IMG/VR virus record: IMGVR_UViG_3300025732_000018
Origin: a virus
Reading direction: 5' to 3' (one strand)
DNA length: 64,000 nucleotides
In this document: in pieces, positions 48,012 to 57,180 of the stretch
How the letters are laid out: each line of letters starts with the position of its first letter
Position numbering within the stretch: the first letter of the stretch is position 1
Translations under genes and position numbers: made by a program
Notes under the pieces: model-generated
What the model saw: only the letters and a program-made list of their open reading frames with translations
What the model was told of the DNA's origin: nothing
The model's database searches: none

Positions 48012-48405
48012 CTGGGTAAAAGATATTTGGAGAATGCACAAACACTACGGCGTACATCCCGTAGTCGAGAGCATGGACGCAGACACTCTCAAGAAGTTTC
48101 TTGAGTTTCGCGTTAACTTCCTTCAGGAAGAGCTGGACGAGCTAAAGGCTAACAAGGATAACCCTGAAGAGATCGTCGACGCCCTCATCGACCTATGCGT
48201 CGTAGCCATCGGTACCCTCGACGGCTTTGCAGTTGACTCACACGCGGCTTGGGACGCAGTTCTCGAGGCTAACATGAACAAGACTCCGGGCGTGAAGGCC
48301 ACCCGTCCTAACCCCCTCGGTCTTCCAGACCTCATCAAGCCTGAAGGCTGGACAGCACCTAGCCACGCCGGCAATCACGGACTCTTAACTAAGATGGTTG
48401 AATAA
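48001..48405 (+). CDS. MazG/PRA-PH-family nucleoside triphosphate pyrophosphatase (possible dCTPase/dUTPase)
   Basis: LQEELDEL, EIVDALIDL, V.EANMNK and LIKPEGW. Confidence 0.8.
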   Translation: MSRDWVKDIWRMHKHYGVHPVVESMDADTLKKFLEFRVNFLQEELDELKANKDNPEEIVDALIDLCVVAIGTLDGFAVDSHAAWDAVLEANMNKTPGVKATRPNPLGLPDLIKPEGWTAPSHAGNHGLLTKMVE

Positions 48406-48417
48406 GGAGAGAAAACC

Positions 48418-48993
48418 ATGTTAGACTTCAGCGGTGAAGTCATTGCAACTTTGTCAAGCTTAAATAAAGTTGTCGATATGAGAGAGCATAAGGCCGACCT
48501 AGACATGATGGTCGCGACTAACTGGAAGCGCGAGATGCTACGTAAAGGCCCCAGGTCTTACGACGTAGTTAAAAGAAATACGGCTACCGGTCTAGGTGCC
48601 GAGATTGCAGTTCAATCAACTGGCTTCTTCAAGCAATCTTCACCTATCACCGAAGACGCCAAAGATCTCACTTTCGCTCAGAGAAAGACCGACGTGATTT
48701 GCGAGGGTAAGAACGGCGAGGTTAAGACTATGAATGCTAAGTACCCTTACTGGTACATTAGCAACGGTCAAGTCGAGTCAGTCAACTACTCAACTCGCTT
48801 CAACCAGTTCTTTCTGATCGTGGCCTACGAGGAGGTCCAACCGCTGAAGTACCGCTATCGCCCGCGTTATCTAGTTGACAGCAATAAGCTTTCAGGATAT
48901 ATTGTAAAGAATAACACTGGGTACAGCCCGTATCGCTTTGACCACGTGCGGGCCATCAAGAACGGCGACTGCATCGACCTATGGAGCAACTAA
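48418..48993 (+). CDS. Hypothetical protein, possible PD-(D/E)xK nuclease
   Basis: GLGAEIAV...TDVICEGKNGEVKT has E...D...EVK spacing. Confidence 0.45.
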   Translation: MLDFSGEVIATLSSLNKVVDMREHKADLDMMVATNWKREMLRKGPRSYDVVKRNTATGLGAEIAVQSTGFFKQSSPITEDAKDLTFAQRKTDVICEGKNGEVKTMNAKYPYWYISNGQVESVNYSTRFNQFFLIVAYEEVQPLKYRYRPRYLVDSNKLSGYIVKNNTGYSPYRFDHVRAIKNGDCIDLWSN

Positions 48994-49460
48994 TGTTTAC
49001 AATTCAACCGAATCATGAACGCGAGTCTGTCAAGGTACTCCGCGAGTGCATCGACCTGCAGCTCAAGAAGTCTCAAGACTACCAGAACCCGAACTCTAAC
49101 GTAGTTCAGGCCATGCACTATCGTCGCGGCATCGACTCGATCCATGACATCCTTCAAGGCAAGCTCTATCGAGCCCAGTCACTAATCGAGTCTGGTCGTG
49201 CTGACTCTGCTAACTTCGAGTCCCTTGAAGATACCTACAAGGATCTTATCAACTACGCCTCGTTCGCAGTCGCGTGGCTTCGCTACGGCGTTCCCGGCCA
49301 AGACAAAGAGCGCGACATCTTCAATCGAAAGAAGTCGACCTACAGCATCAATAGTCAGATCACTGACTCTGTAACTCAGTCTGGTACTTATCGCCCTGCT
49401 GACAATACGGTTAAGTTCAATCATGAGACCGGGGCTTATACCATCAACATGGGCTCGTAA
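48993..49460 (+). CDS. DUF1599/Nmad1-like nucleotide-modification-associated protein
   Basis: KKSQDY...KLYRA...ESLEDTYKDLINYASF. Confidence 0.7.
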   Translation: MFTIQPNHERESVKVLRECIDLQLKKSQDYQNPNSNVVQAMHYRRGIDSIHDILQGKLYRAQSLIESGRADSANFESLEDTYKDLINYASFAVAWLRYGVPGQDKERDIFNRKKSTYSINSQITDSVTQSGTYRPADNTVKFNHETGAYTINMGS

Positions 49461-49462
49461 GT

Positions 49463-50158
49463 ATGACCCTTTCCATTCAGCGCATCCGTTCTATCTTCCG
49501 GTTCATGCACGAGTCAGAAGACTACGTTATTGATAAGACTGGCGCTAAGATGATCGAGATCGTCAACGCTAGTTTCATCGCTGATGAAACTTCTATCTTT
49601 GGCACTGTCAATGAGAACTACGTCCAGCGAGAGCTCGAGTGGTACCGATCTCTCTCGCGTAACGTCAATGACATTCCCGGTGGTCCTCCTACTATCTGGA
49701 AAGAGGTAGCTGACAGTCGCGGCTTCATCAACTCTAACTACGGTTGGTGTATCTGGTCTGATGCTAATGGTCGTCAGTACAATCGGGTTCTAGAAGAGCT
49801 TCGAAAGAACCCGTACTCACGGCGAGCGGTGATGATCTACACGCGTCCTAGCATGTGGAACGACTACAATAAGGACGGAATGTCCGACTTTATGTGCACC
49901 AACGCGGTTCAGTATCTCATCCGCAATGGTAAGCTCAATGCCGTCGTTCAGATGCGATCTAACGATGCTGTCTTTGGCTACAAGAATGACTATGCCTGGC
50001 AACAGTACGTGCTCTCTCATCTAGCTAGAGAGCTTGACGTCGAGCCCGGAACTATCTATTGGAACGCAGGGAGCTTGCACGTATATGAGCGACACTTCAA
50101 GCTGGTCGTGGACTCAGAAGTATCTAAATCTAGCGAAGCACATTTCCAGCTGGTCTAA
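49463..50158 (+). CDS. gp42: dCMP hydroxymethylase (T4 gp42-like)
   Basis: INSNYGW and DFMCTNAVQYLIR...MRSNDAVFGYKNDYAWQ (Asp at the dCMP-specificity position), plus GSLHVYERHF. Confidence 0.88.
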   Translation: MTLSIQRIRSIFRFMHESEDYVIDKTGAKMIEIVNASFIADETSIFGTVNENYVQRELEWYRSLSRNVNDIPGGPPTIWKEVADSRGFINSNYGWCIWSDANGRQYNRVLEELRKNPYSRRAVMIYTRPSMWNDYNKDGMSDFMCTNAVQYLIRNGKLNAVVQMRSNDAVFGYKNDYAWQQYVLSHLARELDVEPGTIYWNAGSLHVYERHFKLVVDSEVSKSSEAHFQLV

Positions 50159-50627
50159 GGATCCAAGCTCAAAGATAGGAGCAGTGGCTGTGGGTAACCA
50201 TGGCCAGATCCTGTCTCAAGGTTACAATGGGTTTCCTCGCGGCATCGAGGACTCGTCCGACCGTCTCTACAATCGAGAGAAGAAGTATAAGTATGTGGTT
50301 CATGCAGAGATGAACTGCATATATAATGCCACGCTGAATGGAATAAGTCTAAATAACGCTGACCTCTACGTTCATGGACTTCCGGTTTGCTCAGATTGTG
50401 CCAAAGGAGTCATTCAGGTCGGTGTGAAGCGTGTGTTTATCTGTCAGCCCACTGTGATAGCACCGAGCTGGCACGAGTCTTACATGCACACCGAGTCGAT
50501 GTTCGTAGAGGCCGGCGTTGAGGCAGTTTGTTATGACAATGAAGGCAATGTTCTCCATGACACGAAGCGAAAAGCGCGTACTGATAGTGGGAATCAACCC
50601 ATCTGGCTCGGACCCTACCCGAGTTAG
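50085..50627 (+). CDS. cd: dCMP deaminase
   Basis: WSKDPS, GYNGFPRG, HAEMN and PVCSDC. Confidence 0.9.
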   Translation: MSDTSSWSWTQKYLNLAKHISSWSKDPSSKIGAVAVGNHGQILSQGYNGFPRGIEDSSDRLYNREKKYKYVVHAEMNCIYNATLNGISLNNADLYVHGLPVCSDCAKGVIQVGVKRVFICQPTVIAPSWHESYMHTESMFVEAGVEAVCYDNEGNVLHDTKRKARTDSGNQPIWLGPYPS

Positions 50628-50931
50628 CCAGTCCATCAAGAGACTCTGTAAGTGGACTGAGTCTCTCGGCTTAACTTTCTTCTCTTTCGTAAACTGTATC
50701 TCGCGACCAGGACCCTACCGAGAGTCCGACGTCGACTACGAGATGCTGCAAGAGTGTGTGAAAGGCTATAAGAAAGTAATAGCTCTTGGAAACTTTCCGT
50801 CGATGGCTCTCTCGAAGATCGAAGTCGAGCACTTCATGCTGCCTCATCCGTCTGGGCTAAATAGAAAGTTAAATGACAAGTCTTACGAGACAAAGATTCT
50901 GGAGGAGTGCCGTGAGTACATCGAGGCTTAA
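50557..50931 (+). CDS. Small uracil-DNA-glycosylase-superfamily-like protein (start uncertain)
   Basis: IVGINPS, VIALG and LPHPSGLNR motifs. Confidence 0.65.
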   Translation: MTRSEKRVLIVGINPSGSDPTRVSQSIKRLCKWTESLGLTFFSFVNCISRPGPYRESDVDYEMLQECVKGYKKVIALGNFPSMALSKIEVEHFMLPHPSGLNRKLNDKSYETKILEECREYIEA

Positions 50932-51811
50932 AGTTCTAATCACTGGCGTGCAAGGTTACATTGGTTCGACTCTCGCTCGTGAGATTCATCTTAATCACAA
51001 AGACAATATATGTGTGCATGGAACTGACCTAGTCGAGTCGGTTAACCAGAGTCAACAGTATGTTGAGAAGTACTTCAAGGCTGATGTCAGAAATGACTGG
51101 TCTCTTACTATGGCCAGTCTGCCGGAGTATGACTGCGTGGTGCACTTGGCTGGACTCATCTCAGTCGCCGAGTCAACGAATAAACCGACCGAGTATACTT
51201 TAACAAACGTCAATGGCACAATCAACGTGCTCGAGTGGTTCAACCCTAGAAACTTTATCTTTGCCTCAACGGCCGGAGCGTTTGATCCTATCAATCCATA
51301 TGCCCAAACAAAGATCTTAGCTGAGAGCATCATTCGTCAGTATGCTCATGAGTACACCATCTTTCGCTTCTTTAACGTTGCTGGATCTGACGGTGTAAAT
51401 CGACAGATTGGTGACTCGACTCATCTAGTTCGCATCGCCGCCGAGACCGCCGCCGGAAAGTGGAACAGTATGGACCTCTATGGTACTGACTATGATACTT
51501 CGGACGGAACATGTATCCGCGACTACATTCACGTATCAGATCTAGTTGACAGTATTGTTAAAGCAATTTACAATCCAAAGAATACTAAATATGAGTGTCT
51601 CGGTAACGGTAAAGGGTACACCAATCGAGAAGTCATAAACATGATGAAGAAAGTAAGTGGTCAGGACTTTGAGGTGGTAGAACGTGGACGACGAACCGGT
51701 GATCCGGCGTTTCTAGCTCTAAGACCAAATGAGGTCAGTTCTCTTGTAGAGAGCAAATATACACTAGAAGACATGTGCAGAAGCGCTTATCTTATTGCGG
51801 AGTCAGAATGA
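50912..51811 (+). CDS. galE: UDP-glucose 4-epimerase (GalE-like)
   Basis: TGVQGYIG, HLAGLISVAES, YAQTK, RFFNVAG and DGTCIRDYIHVSDL. GTG start with GGAGGA SD. Confidence 0.85.
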   Translation: MSTSRLKVLITGVQGYIGSTLAREIHLNHKDNICVHGTDLVESVNQSQQYVEKYFKADVRNDWSLTMASLPEYDCVVHLAGLISVAESTNKPTEYTLTNVNGTINVLEWFNPRNFIFASTAGAFDPINPYAQTKILAESIIRQYAHEYTIFRFFNVAGSDGVNRQIGDSTHLVRIAAETAAGKWNSMDLYGTDYDTSDGTCIRDYIHVSDLVDSIVKAIYNPKNTKYECLGNGKGYTNREVINMMKKVSGQDFEVVERGRRTGDPAFLALRPNEVSSLVESKYTLEDMCRSAYLIAESE

Positions 51812-52908
51812 AAAAGATCCTTATAACTGGAATGAACGCTGCTCAGTGCAAGAAAGATTACTTCTTGCAGCAGGAACTTCAGGTAGTTCCGTCTCACTAC
51901 GCTCTTATCCGAGTGCTGGAAGATATGGGATACCAAGTCGAGCAACGACCTATCTTACTTGGCGAGGATCTCTCTGGATACGACGAGGTCATCGTTTACA
52001 TGCACAGCATCCAAGCTTTTTGTCAGCGTCTCTTCGGCGGTCTATATGCCATGGGCGCGCGACAAGACTGTATCTTAGCCTTTGACGACTGGCAGGTAGA
52101 CCAGATCTATACCAGCTTTAGAAACTACATGGACGACCTTCGTGACGATCCTCAGAAGGCGTATCGCGAGTATCTGCTCGAGCTCTATCAGGGCAAGGAG
52201 TCTCTTGAAGACATCAAGAAGTACCACGACGTGTACGTTCAAGGTTGTGAGCTAGTCCTTCGCAAAAACAGTCGTCTGCTCGTGTCGGCTTTCGCCGGAG
52301 GAGACCTGTCGCTTCTGAAGCTACAGTGGAACGAGAACAAGGTGTTCCAGTTCAACCCTAACCCGTACCATCTCAACCGTCGACCGGACAACAATTACGG
52401 CGAGCCTGGATCTATTCTTTCTTTTGCCGGCAACAACGACGTCAACCCTGCCTCTAAGCTGAGAGTCTGGAACTTCGCGTCGCTCGTTCAGAAGAAGACT
52501 CAGAAGTGGCTCAAGCAGCAGAACATCAACAAGTGGGACATCAACTTCTACGGCGCTCGGCGCGGCGAGGAAGTAAAGCAGCAGCGTCTCACCGAGTCTG
52601 AGATGTGCCGAGTCTATAACTCTCAGTGGGGCTGCTTGATGCCGGGCTACTTTCACTCTGGGTCCGGTTGGTGGCGAGCTCGGCCTCTTCAGGTAGCCGA
52701 CGCCGGATCTATCCTCGTGTGCGACGATCGTGAGGGTTCAGTCTACGGCGAGGCCTACACCGGTCTTACTGCCGACAAGGTGGAAGGCATGACGCTGGAG
52801 GATCTTATCAAGACCGCGCGCTATCAGAAAGAGTGCTTGTACGAGAAGCACCCTCTGACTAAGGCAGTCACCAAGATGGAGATTAGTGCCATCCTGGAGT
52901 CTAAGTGA
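51808..52908 (+). CDS. Uncharacterised protein, putative GT-B DNA glycosyltransferase
   Basis: Size about 366 aa, Rossmann-like N-terminus KILITG, and a C-terminal WWRARPLQVADAGSIL reminiscent of GT-B donor-binding helices. Translationally coupled between galE and glf. Confidence 0.45.
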   Translation: MKKILITGMNAAQCKKDYFLQQELQVVPSHYALIRVLEDMGYQVEQRPILLGEDLSGYDEVIVYMHSIQAFCQRLFGGLYAMGARQDCILAFDDWQVDQIYTSFRNYMDDLRDDPQKAYREYLLELYQGKESLEDIKKYHDVYVQGCELVLRKNSRLLVSAFAGGDLSLLKLQWNENKVFQFNPNPYHLNRRPDNNYGEPGSILSFAGNNDVNPASKLRVWNFASLVQKKTQKWLKQQNINKWDINFYGARRGEEVKQQRLTESEMCRVYNSQWGCLMPGYFHSGSGWWRARPLQVADAGSILVCDDREGSVYGEAYTGLTADKVEGMTLEDLIKTARYQKECLYEKHPLTKAVTKMEISAILESK

Positions 52909-53903
52909 TGGCTAAGTATCTCGTAGTTGGAGCTGGTCTCTCGGGTGCTACCATCGCCCGAGAGCTTGCTGATGCCGGTCACACGGTAATAGTGATAGAC
53001 TCTCGAACTCATATCGCCGGTAACGCGTACGATGAGACCAACGAGTACGGTATTAGGGTACACAAGTACGGACCCCATCTATTTCATACTAACAACGAGA
53101 AAGTATTTGAGTATCTTAGTCGCTTTACAGAGTGGGTCGAGTATGACCACCGCGTAAAGGCTCTTCTTGAAGACGGACGCTACGTAACTTTTCCTCCTAA
53201 CAAAGAGACCAAGGAGATCGTTGGAGCAGAAAACGTAGTAGATACCTTCTATCGGCCGTACACCAAGAAGATGTGGGGAAAGGAGCTTGAGGAAGTCGCT
53301 CCAAAGATATTAGACCGCGTTCCCGGTCGCGACGACATGGAGGACAGATACTTTCCTAATGACAAGTACTGCTTCATGCCCGTAGAAGGGTACACTAAGA
53401 TGGTCGAAAACATGCTAGATCATCAAAACATTAGAGTCTGGCTAGCATACCCATTTAAGAAGCACATGGAAGACTCGTATGATCACGTGTTCAACAGCAT
53501 GGCGATCGACGAGTACTACGGCTATCAGTTTGGTGAGCTCGAGTATCGATCAATCAAGTTTCACACTACGACTGCACCTATTCCTAAAGCTCTTCCAGCT
53601 ACTACAGTCAACTTTACTAACGACGGTCCACTTACGCGAGTGACCGAATGGAAGAACCTGCCGCGTCACGGAAACAACCCGTACTTCACGACTCTTACTG
53701 CGGAAGAACCGTGCGACTATAAAGATAACAACTACGAGCGATACTATCCTATCTCTGATGATATAAATAAGGACAGGTACGCCAAGTACGCATCTATCAA
53801 GAACGATAAAGTTACGTTCATCGGCCGCTGCGGGCAGTACGTCTACATTGATATGCACCAGGCGGTCAACTCCGCCCTTAGAATCGCGATGGATTACAAG
53901 TGA
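52908..53903 (+). CDS. glf: UDP-galactopyranose mutase
   Basis: VVGAGLSG, HIAGNAYD, HKYGPHLFHT, YTKKMWG, RYYP and GRCGQYVYIDMHQ. Confidence 0.92.
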   Translation: MAKYLVVGAGLSGATIARELADAGHTVIVIDSRTHIAGNAYDETNEYGIRVHKYGPHLFHTNNEKVFEYLSRFTEWVEYDHRVKALLEDGRYVTFPPNKETKEIVGAENVVDTFYRPYTKKMWGKELEEVAPKILDRVPGRDDMEDRYFPNDKYCFMPVEGYTKMVENMLDHQNIRVWLAYPFKKHMEDSYDHVFNSMAIDEYYGYQFGELEYRSIKFHTTTAPIPKALPATTVNFTNDGPLTRVTEWKNLPRHGNNPYFTTLTAEEPCDYKDNNYERYYPISDDINKDRYAKYASIKNDKVTFIGRCGQYVYIDMHQAVNSALRIAMDYK

Positions 53904-55102
53904 CCTTCACACACGCATCAATCGTTCCCCTCATCGGCGGCGAGACTCTCGGCACCGAGCAAGCCTTCGGTCGCCCTCCCGAGTACCTTATGTCGTACGA
54001 GCCTTTCTGGGCAAACGACCGACACCTCGTCAACCACTACCGCGGCGAGATTCCCTACTACGTTCTAGACAAGAACGAGAAGCCAGACAAGAAGGTCGAC
54101 GTCATCGGGTCAGTCTGCCCGTGCGCTGGCCTCAGCATGCTTTCTCACGGCTACGGCGACGACAACGCTAACAACCGGTGGATGATCGAGACGGCTAAGT
54201 TCGTTCTCGGTGAGATGAAACCTAAGGTGTTCTGGGGCGAGAACGCTCCGGGCTTCGCCGGCAAGGTGGGTAAGAACATCCGAACCCAGATGTACAACAT
54301 CGGTCGAGAGAACGGGTACACGTTCACGGTGTATAGAACCAAGTCTCTCTTCCACGGCGTGCCTCAGATCCGAGAGAGGTCGTTCTACTTCTTCTGGCAG
54401 TCTGACAAGACTCCCAAGCTGAACTACTACAACACCCCACACAAGAGCATCGAGCAGACCATCCTAGACGCTCGAGGCAACACGCTGCAGGAGCCGATCA
54501 ACAAGAAGACCCCGTCACAGGATCCATACTACCGCTACATCCTAGAGCACATCAACGGCGGAATGACTCACCGCGAGTTCTCAGCTCAGGTCGAGCCTTC
54601 TCGGGCCAGAGGGAACGACACGTTCTCTTACATCGAGAAGCAGGGGATCACCTACGACAAGGTCTCTGAGTGGATGACTGCCAACGGATACGAGCGAGAG
54701 GCTGCGAGCTGCATGCGAAAGTACGAGAAGCTTAAGTCCGGCGGCTCGATCATGCGTCGCGGAACTGTCGTCCCTAAGGACTACATCGGGGCCTTCGTCG
54801 GCCACTATCCAGTCTCCCTCACGCATCCGATCGAGGATCGCTACATTACGTATCGAGAGGGGTTGACAATTATGGGACTTCCTGATACATTTGAACTATT
54901 GGATCCTAAGGACAGCGCCAACCACATGTGCCAGAACGTACCAGTTCAGACGGCCCGTGACATGGCTACTGAGATTCTAGGTTGGTTGAACGGTGAGCGC
55001 GAAGAGTTCAATTCAAACTACGTCTATCAATATAATGGAACAAAGACACATGAGTTCGGTGACATACAAGATGGCTCGAGAAAAATCTCCTCCTTCCTAT
55101 AA
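53900..55102 (+). CDS. Atypical DNA cytosine-C5 methyltransferase-like protein
   Basis: PCAGLS (motif IV), ENAPG (VI), PQIRER (VIII) and REGLTIMGLPD. Motif I is degenerate (SIVPLIGG). Confidence 0.72.
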   Translation: MTFTHASIVPLIGGETLGTEQAFGRPPEYLMSYEPFWANDRHLVNHYRGEIPYYVLDKNEKPDKKVDVIGSVCPCAGLSMLSHGYGDDNANNRWMIETAKFVLGEMKPKVFWGENAPGFAGKVGKNIRTQMYNIGRENGYTFTVYRTKSLFHGVPQIRERSFYFFWQSDKTPKLNYYNTPHKSIEQTILDARGNTLQEPINKKTPSQDPYYRYILEHINGGMTHREFSAQVEPSRARGNDTFSYIEKQGITYDKVSEWMTANGYEREAASCMRKYEKLKSGGSIMRRGTVVPKDYIGAFVGHYPVSLTHPIEDRYITYREGLTIMGLPDTFELLDPKDSANHMCQNVPVQTARDMATEILGWLNGEREEFNSNYVYQYNGTKTHEFGDIQDGSRKISSFL

Positions 55103-55370
55103 GTTTAATGAGGAAAACCTCCTCAATGAGCTACACGCTTACATCGCTAATACATACACACAGCACTACATCGGTAGGGATAACATCCAGGCCTTTGAGC
55201 TGATCTCGGCTGCAGGTCACGGCATGGGCTTCACCATCGGTGACATCATCAAGTACGCCTCTCGCTACGGCAAGAAGAACGGCCGCAACCGAGCCGACCT
55301 CCTAAAGATCCTTCACTACGGGATCCTAGCCCTCTACATTCATGACAAGGAAACCGCTGATGGAAATTAA
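55071..55370 (+). CDS. DUF3310-like protein
   Basis: YKFNE, TYTQHY, GDIIKYASRYGKK and DLLKILHY. Confidence 0.7.
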   Translation: MAREKSPPSYKFNEENLLNELHAYIANTYTQHYIGRDNIQAFELISAAGHGMGFTIGDIIKYASRYGKKNGRNRADLLKILHYGILALYIHDKETADGN

Positions 55371-56235
55371 GATCGACCTAGAGCAGATTAGGAAGCTTAA
55401 GCTGTTCGTAGCTACACCTATGTACGGCGGTCAGTGCGCCGGCATGTACAACAAGTCGATGTGCGACTTAACGACCATGTGCGTTAAGTATGGTATCGAT
55501 ATGCGGGCTTACTATCTCTTCAACGAGTCTCTCATCACTCGAGCTCGTAACTACTGCGTCGACGAGTTTCTTCGCAGCGACGCTACCCACATGCTCTTCA
55601 TTGACTCCGACATCGGCTTCAATCCTCAGGACGTTCTCGCCATGCTGGCGCTCATGACGCCGGAGTCTGAGTACGACGTTCTGGGCGCGCCCTATCCTAA
55701 GAAGACTATCTCTTGGGAGAAGATCAAGCATGCCGTCAACGTTGGTGCGGCAGACAAGGATCCTAGCTACCTAGAGAACTTCGTCGGCGACTACGTCTTC
55801 AATCCAGTCGGAGACAAGAAAGAGATCCCGATCGGTGAGCCTGCAGAGGTTCTTGAGACCGGCACCGGATTTATGATGATTCGTAGGAAGACTCTCGAGA
55901 AGTACGCGGAGGCTTACCCACAACACAGCTATCGTCCTGACCACGCTCGCTCAGAGTCGTTCGACGGCTCACGAGAGATCTTGATGTACTTCCAGGCTGA
56001 CATCGACCCGGAGAGCAGGCGATACCTGTCAGAGGACTACCTGTTCTGCCAGAACGCTCGCAAGATCGGACTTAAGGTTTGGCTCTGCCCGTGGATGAAG
56101 CTGCAGCACGTTGGAATGTACATCTTCGGAGGTAGCCTAGCCGCCATCGCTTCTATCGGCGCGTCTCCTACAGTCGATGAGGCTAAGTTAGGTAAGAACC
56201 TAAAGAAGAAACAGAAGTTCAAAGGAAGAAGGTAA
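55360..56235 (+). CDS. GT-A (GT2-like) glycosyltransferase
   Basis: ATPMYGG, NESLITRARN, FIDSD, GTGFMMIRR and LSEDY.FC. Confidence 0.75.
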   Translation: MEIKIDLEQIRKLKLFVATPMYGGQCAGMYNKSMCDLTTMCVKYGIDMRAYYLFNESLITRARNYCVDEFLRSDATHMLFIDSDIGFNPQDVLAMLALMTPESEYDVLGAPYPKKTISWEKIKHAVNVGAADKDPSYLENFVGDYVFNPVGDKKEIPIGEPAEVLETGTGFMMIRRKTLEKYAEAYPQHSYRPDHARSESFDGSREILMYFQADIDPESRRYLSEDYLFCQNARKIGLKVWLCPWMKLQHVGMYIFGGSLAAIASIGASPTVDEAKLGKNLKKKQKFKGRR

Positions 56236-56245
56236 GAGGTAAATT

Positions 56246-56905
56246 ATGAAGATCAGTGAAAACACAATTAACACTCTCAAGAGCTTCTCGGTCATCAACC
56301 AGTCCATCATGGTTCGACCGGGGTCGAAGATCAGCACGATGTCTCCCTCCGAGACTATCATTGCATCGGCCAAGGTCGAGGAGGAGTTTCCGACGCAGTT
56401 CTGCATCTACGAGCTTCCTCGATTCCTAGGCGTCGTGTCTCTGTTTGAAGATCCTGACTTCGACTTCAGCGACACCGCGGTCACGATTCGCAGCGGAAAG
56501 AAGAAGACGTCGATCACTTACGCCGCTCCAGGAATGATCGTCACACCTCCTGCTGGCGACATCAACTTTCCTGAGCCCGAGGTAGAGTTCAAGCTGGCCG
56601 GCACCGACCTTCTCAACATTCTCAAGGCTGCGACTGTGATGCAGCTTCCTGAGGTGGCTATCACCGGCAACGGTGGCAGTATCTTGCTCGAGGCCATCGA
56701 CAACAAGAACCCAACGGCCGACACTTACTCAATTGCGGTAGGTGAGACTAACAAGACGTTTCGCATGATCTTTAAGATCGAGAACCTGAAGCTCATCAAC
56801 TCAGACTATCACGTCTCAGTATCGTCTCGCGGTCTCAGCAAGTTCTCGAACGACAAGCTAACTTACTTCGTGGTGACGGAGGCTACTTCAACGTACGAGG
56901 GTTGA
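56246..56905 (+). CDS. gp45: Sliding clamp gp45
   Basis: MKISENTINTLKSFSVINQSI and FCIYELPRFL. Confidence 0.92.
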   Translation: MKISENTINTLKSFSVINQSIMVRPGSKISTMSPSETIIASAKVEEEFPTQFCIYELPRFLGVVSLFEDPDFDFSDTAVTIRSGKKKTSITYAAPGMIVTPPAGDINFPEPEVEFKLAGTDLLNILKAATVMQLPEVAITGNGGSILLEAIDNKNPTADTYSIAVGETNKTFRMIFKIENLKLINSDYHVSVSSRGLSKFSNDKLTYFVVTEATSTYEG

Positions 56906-56907
56906 CA

Positions 56908-57162
56908 ATGTCTTACGATTATGATACTATCAAACTATATCTTAAGACCATGAACGGAGTCGTCAGCTTCAAGAAGCGAGACGGCTCACTTAGAACGATG
57001 AAGTGCACGCTCAGGGGAGAAGCCCTCCCTGAGCAGACCGACATAGAGGAACACGCCTCGGCTCCTAACAAGGAGTACCTCGCGGTGTGGGACCTCGATA
57101 AGAATGGATGGAGGTCGTTTAGGATTGACTCTATAGAGGACATCACCTTCGTCACCGCTTGA
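56908..57162 (+). CDS. Small WYL/SH3-like protein (DUF2693-like)
   Basis: VSFKKRDGSLRTMKCT...VWDLDKNGWRSFR. Confidence 0.7.
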   Translation: MSYDYDTIKLYLKTMNGVVSFKKRDGSLRTMKCTLRGEALPEQTDIEEHASAPNKEYLAVWDLDKNGWRSFRIDSIEDITFVTA

Positions 57163-57180
57163 TCATTTGGAGTCTATATT

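Noticed and set aside
49463-50158. Ordinary thymidylate synthase
   Set aside because: The DFMCTN and KNDYAW motifs match T4 dCMP hydroxymethylase, with Asp at the specificity position where ThyA has Asn.
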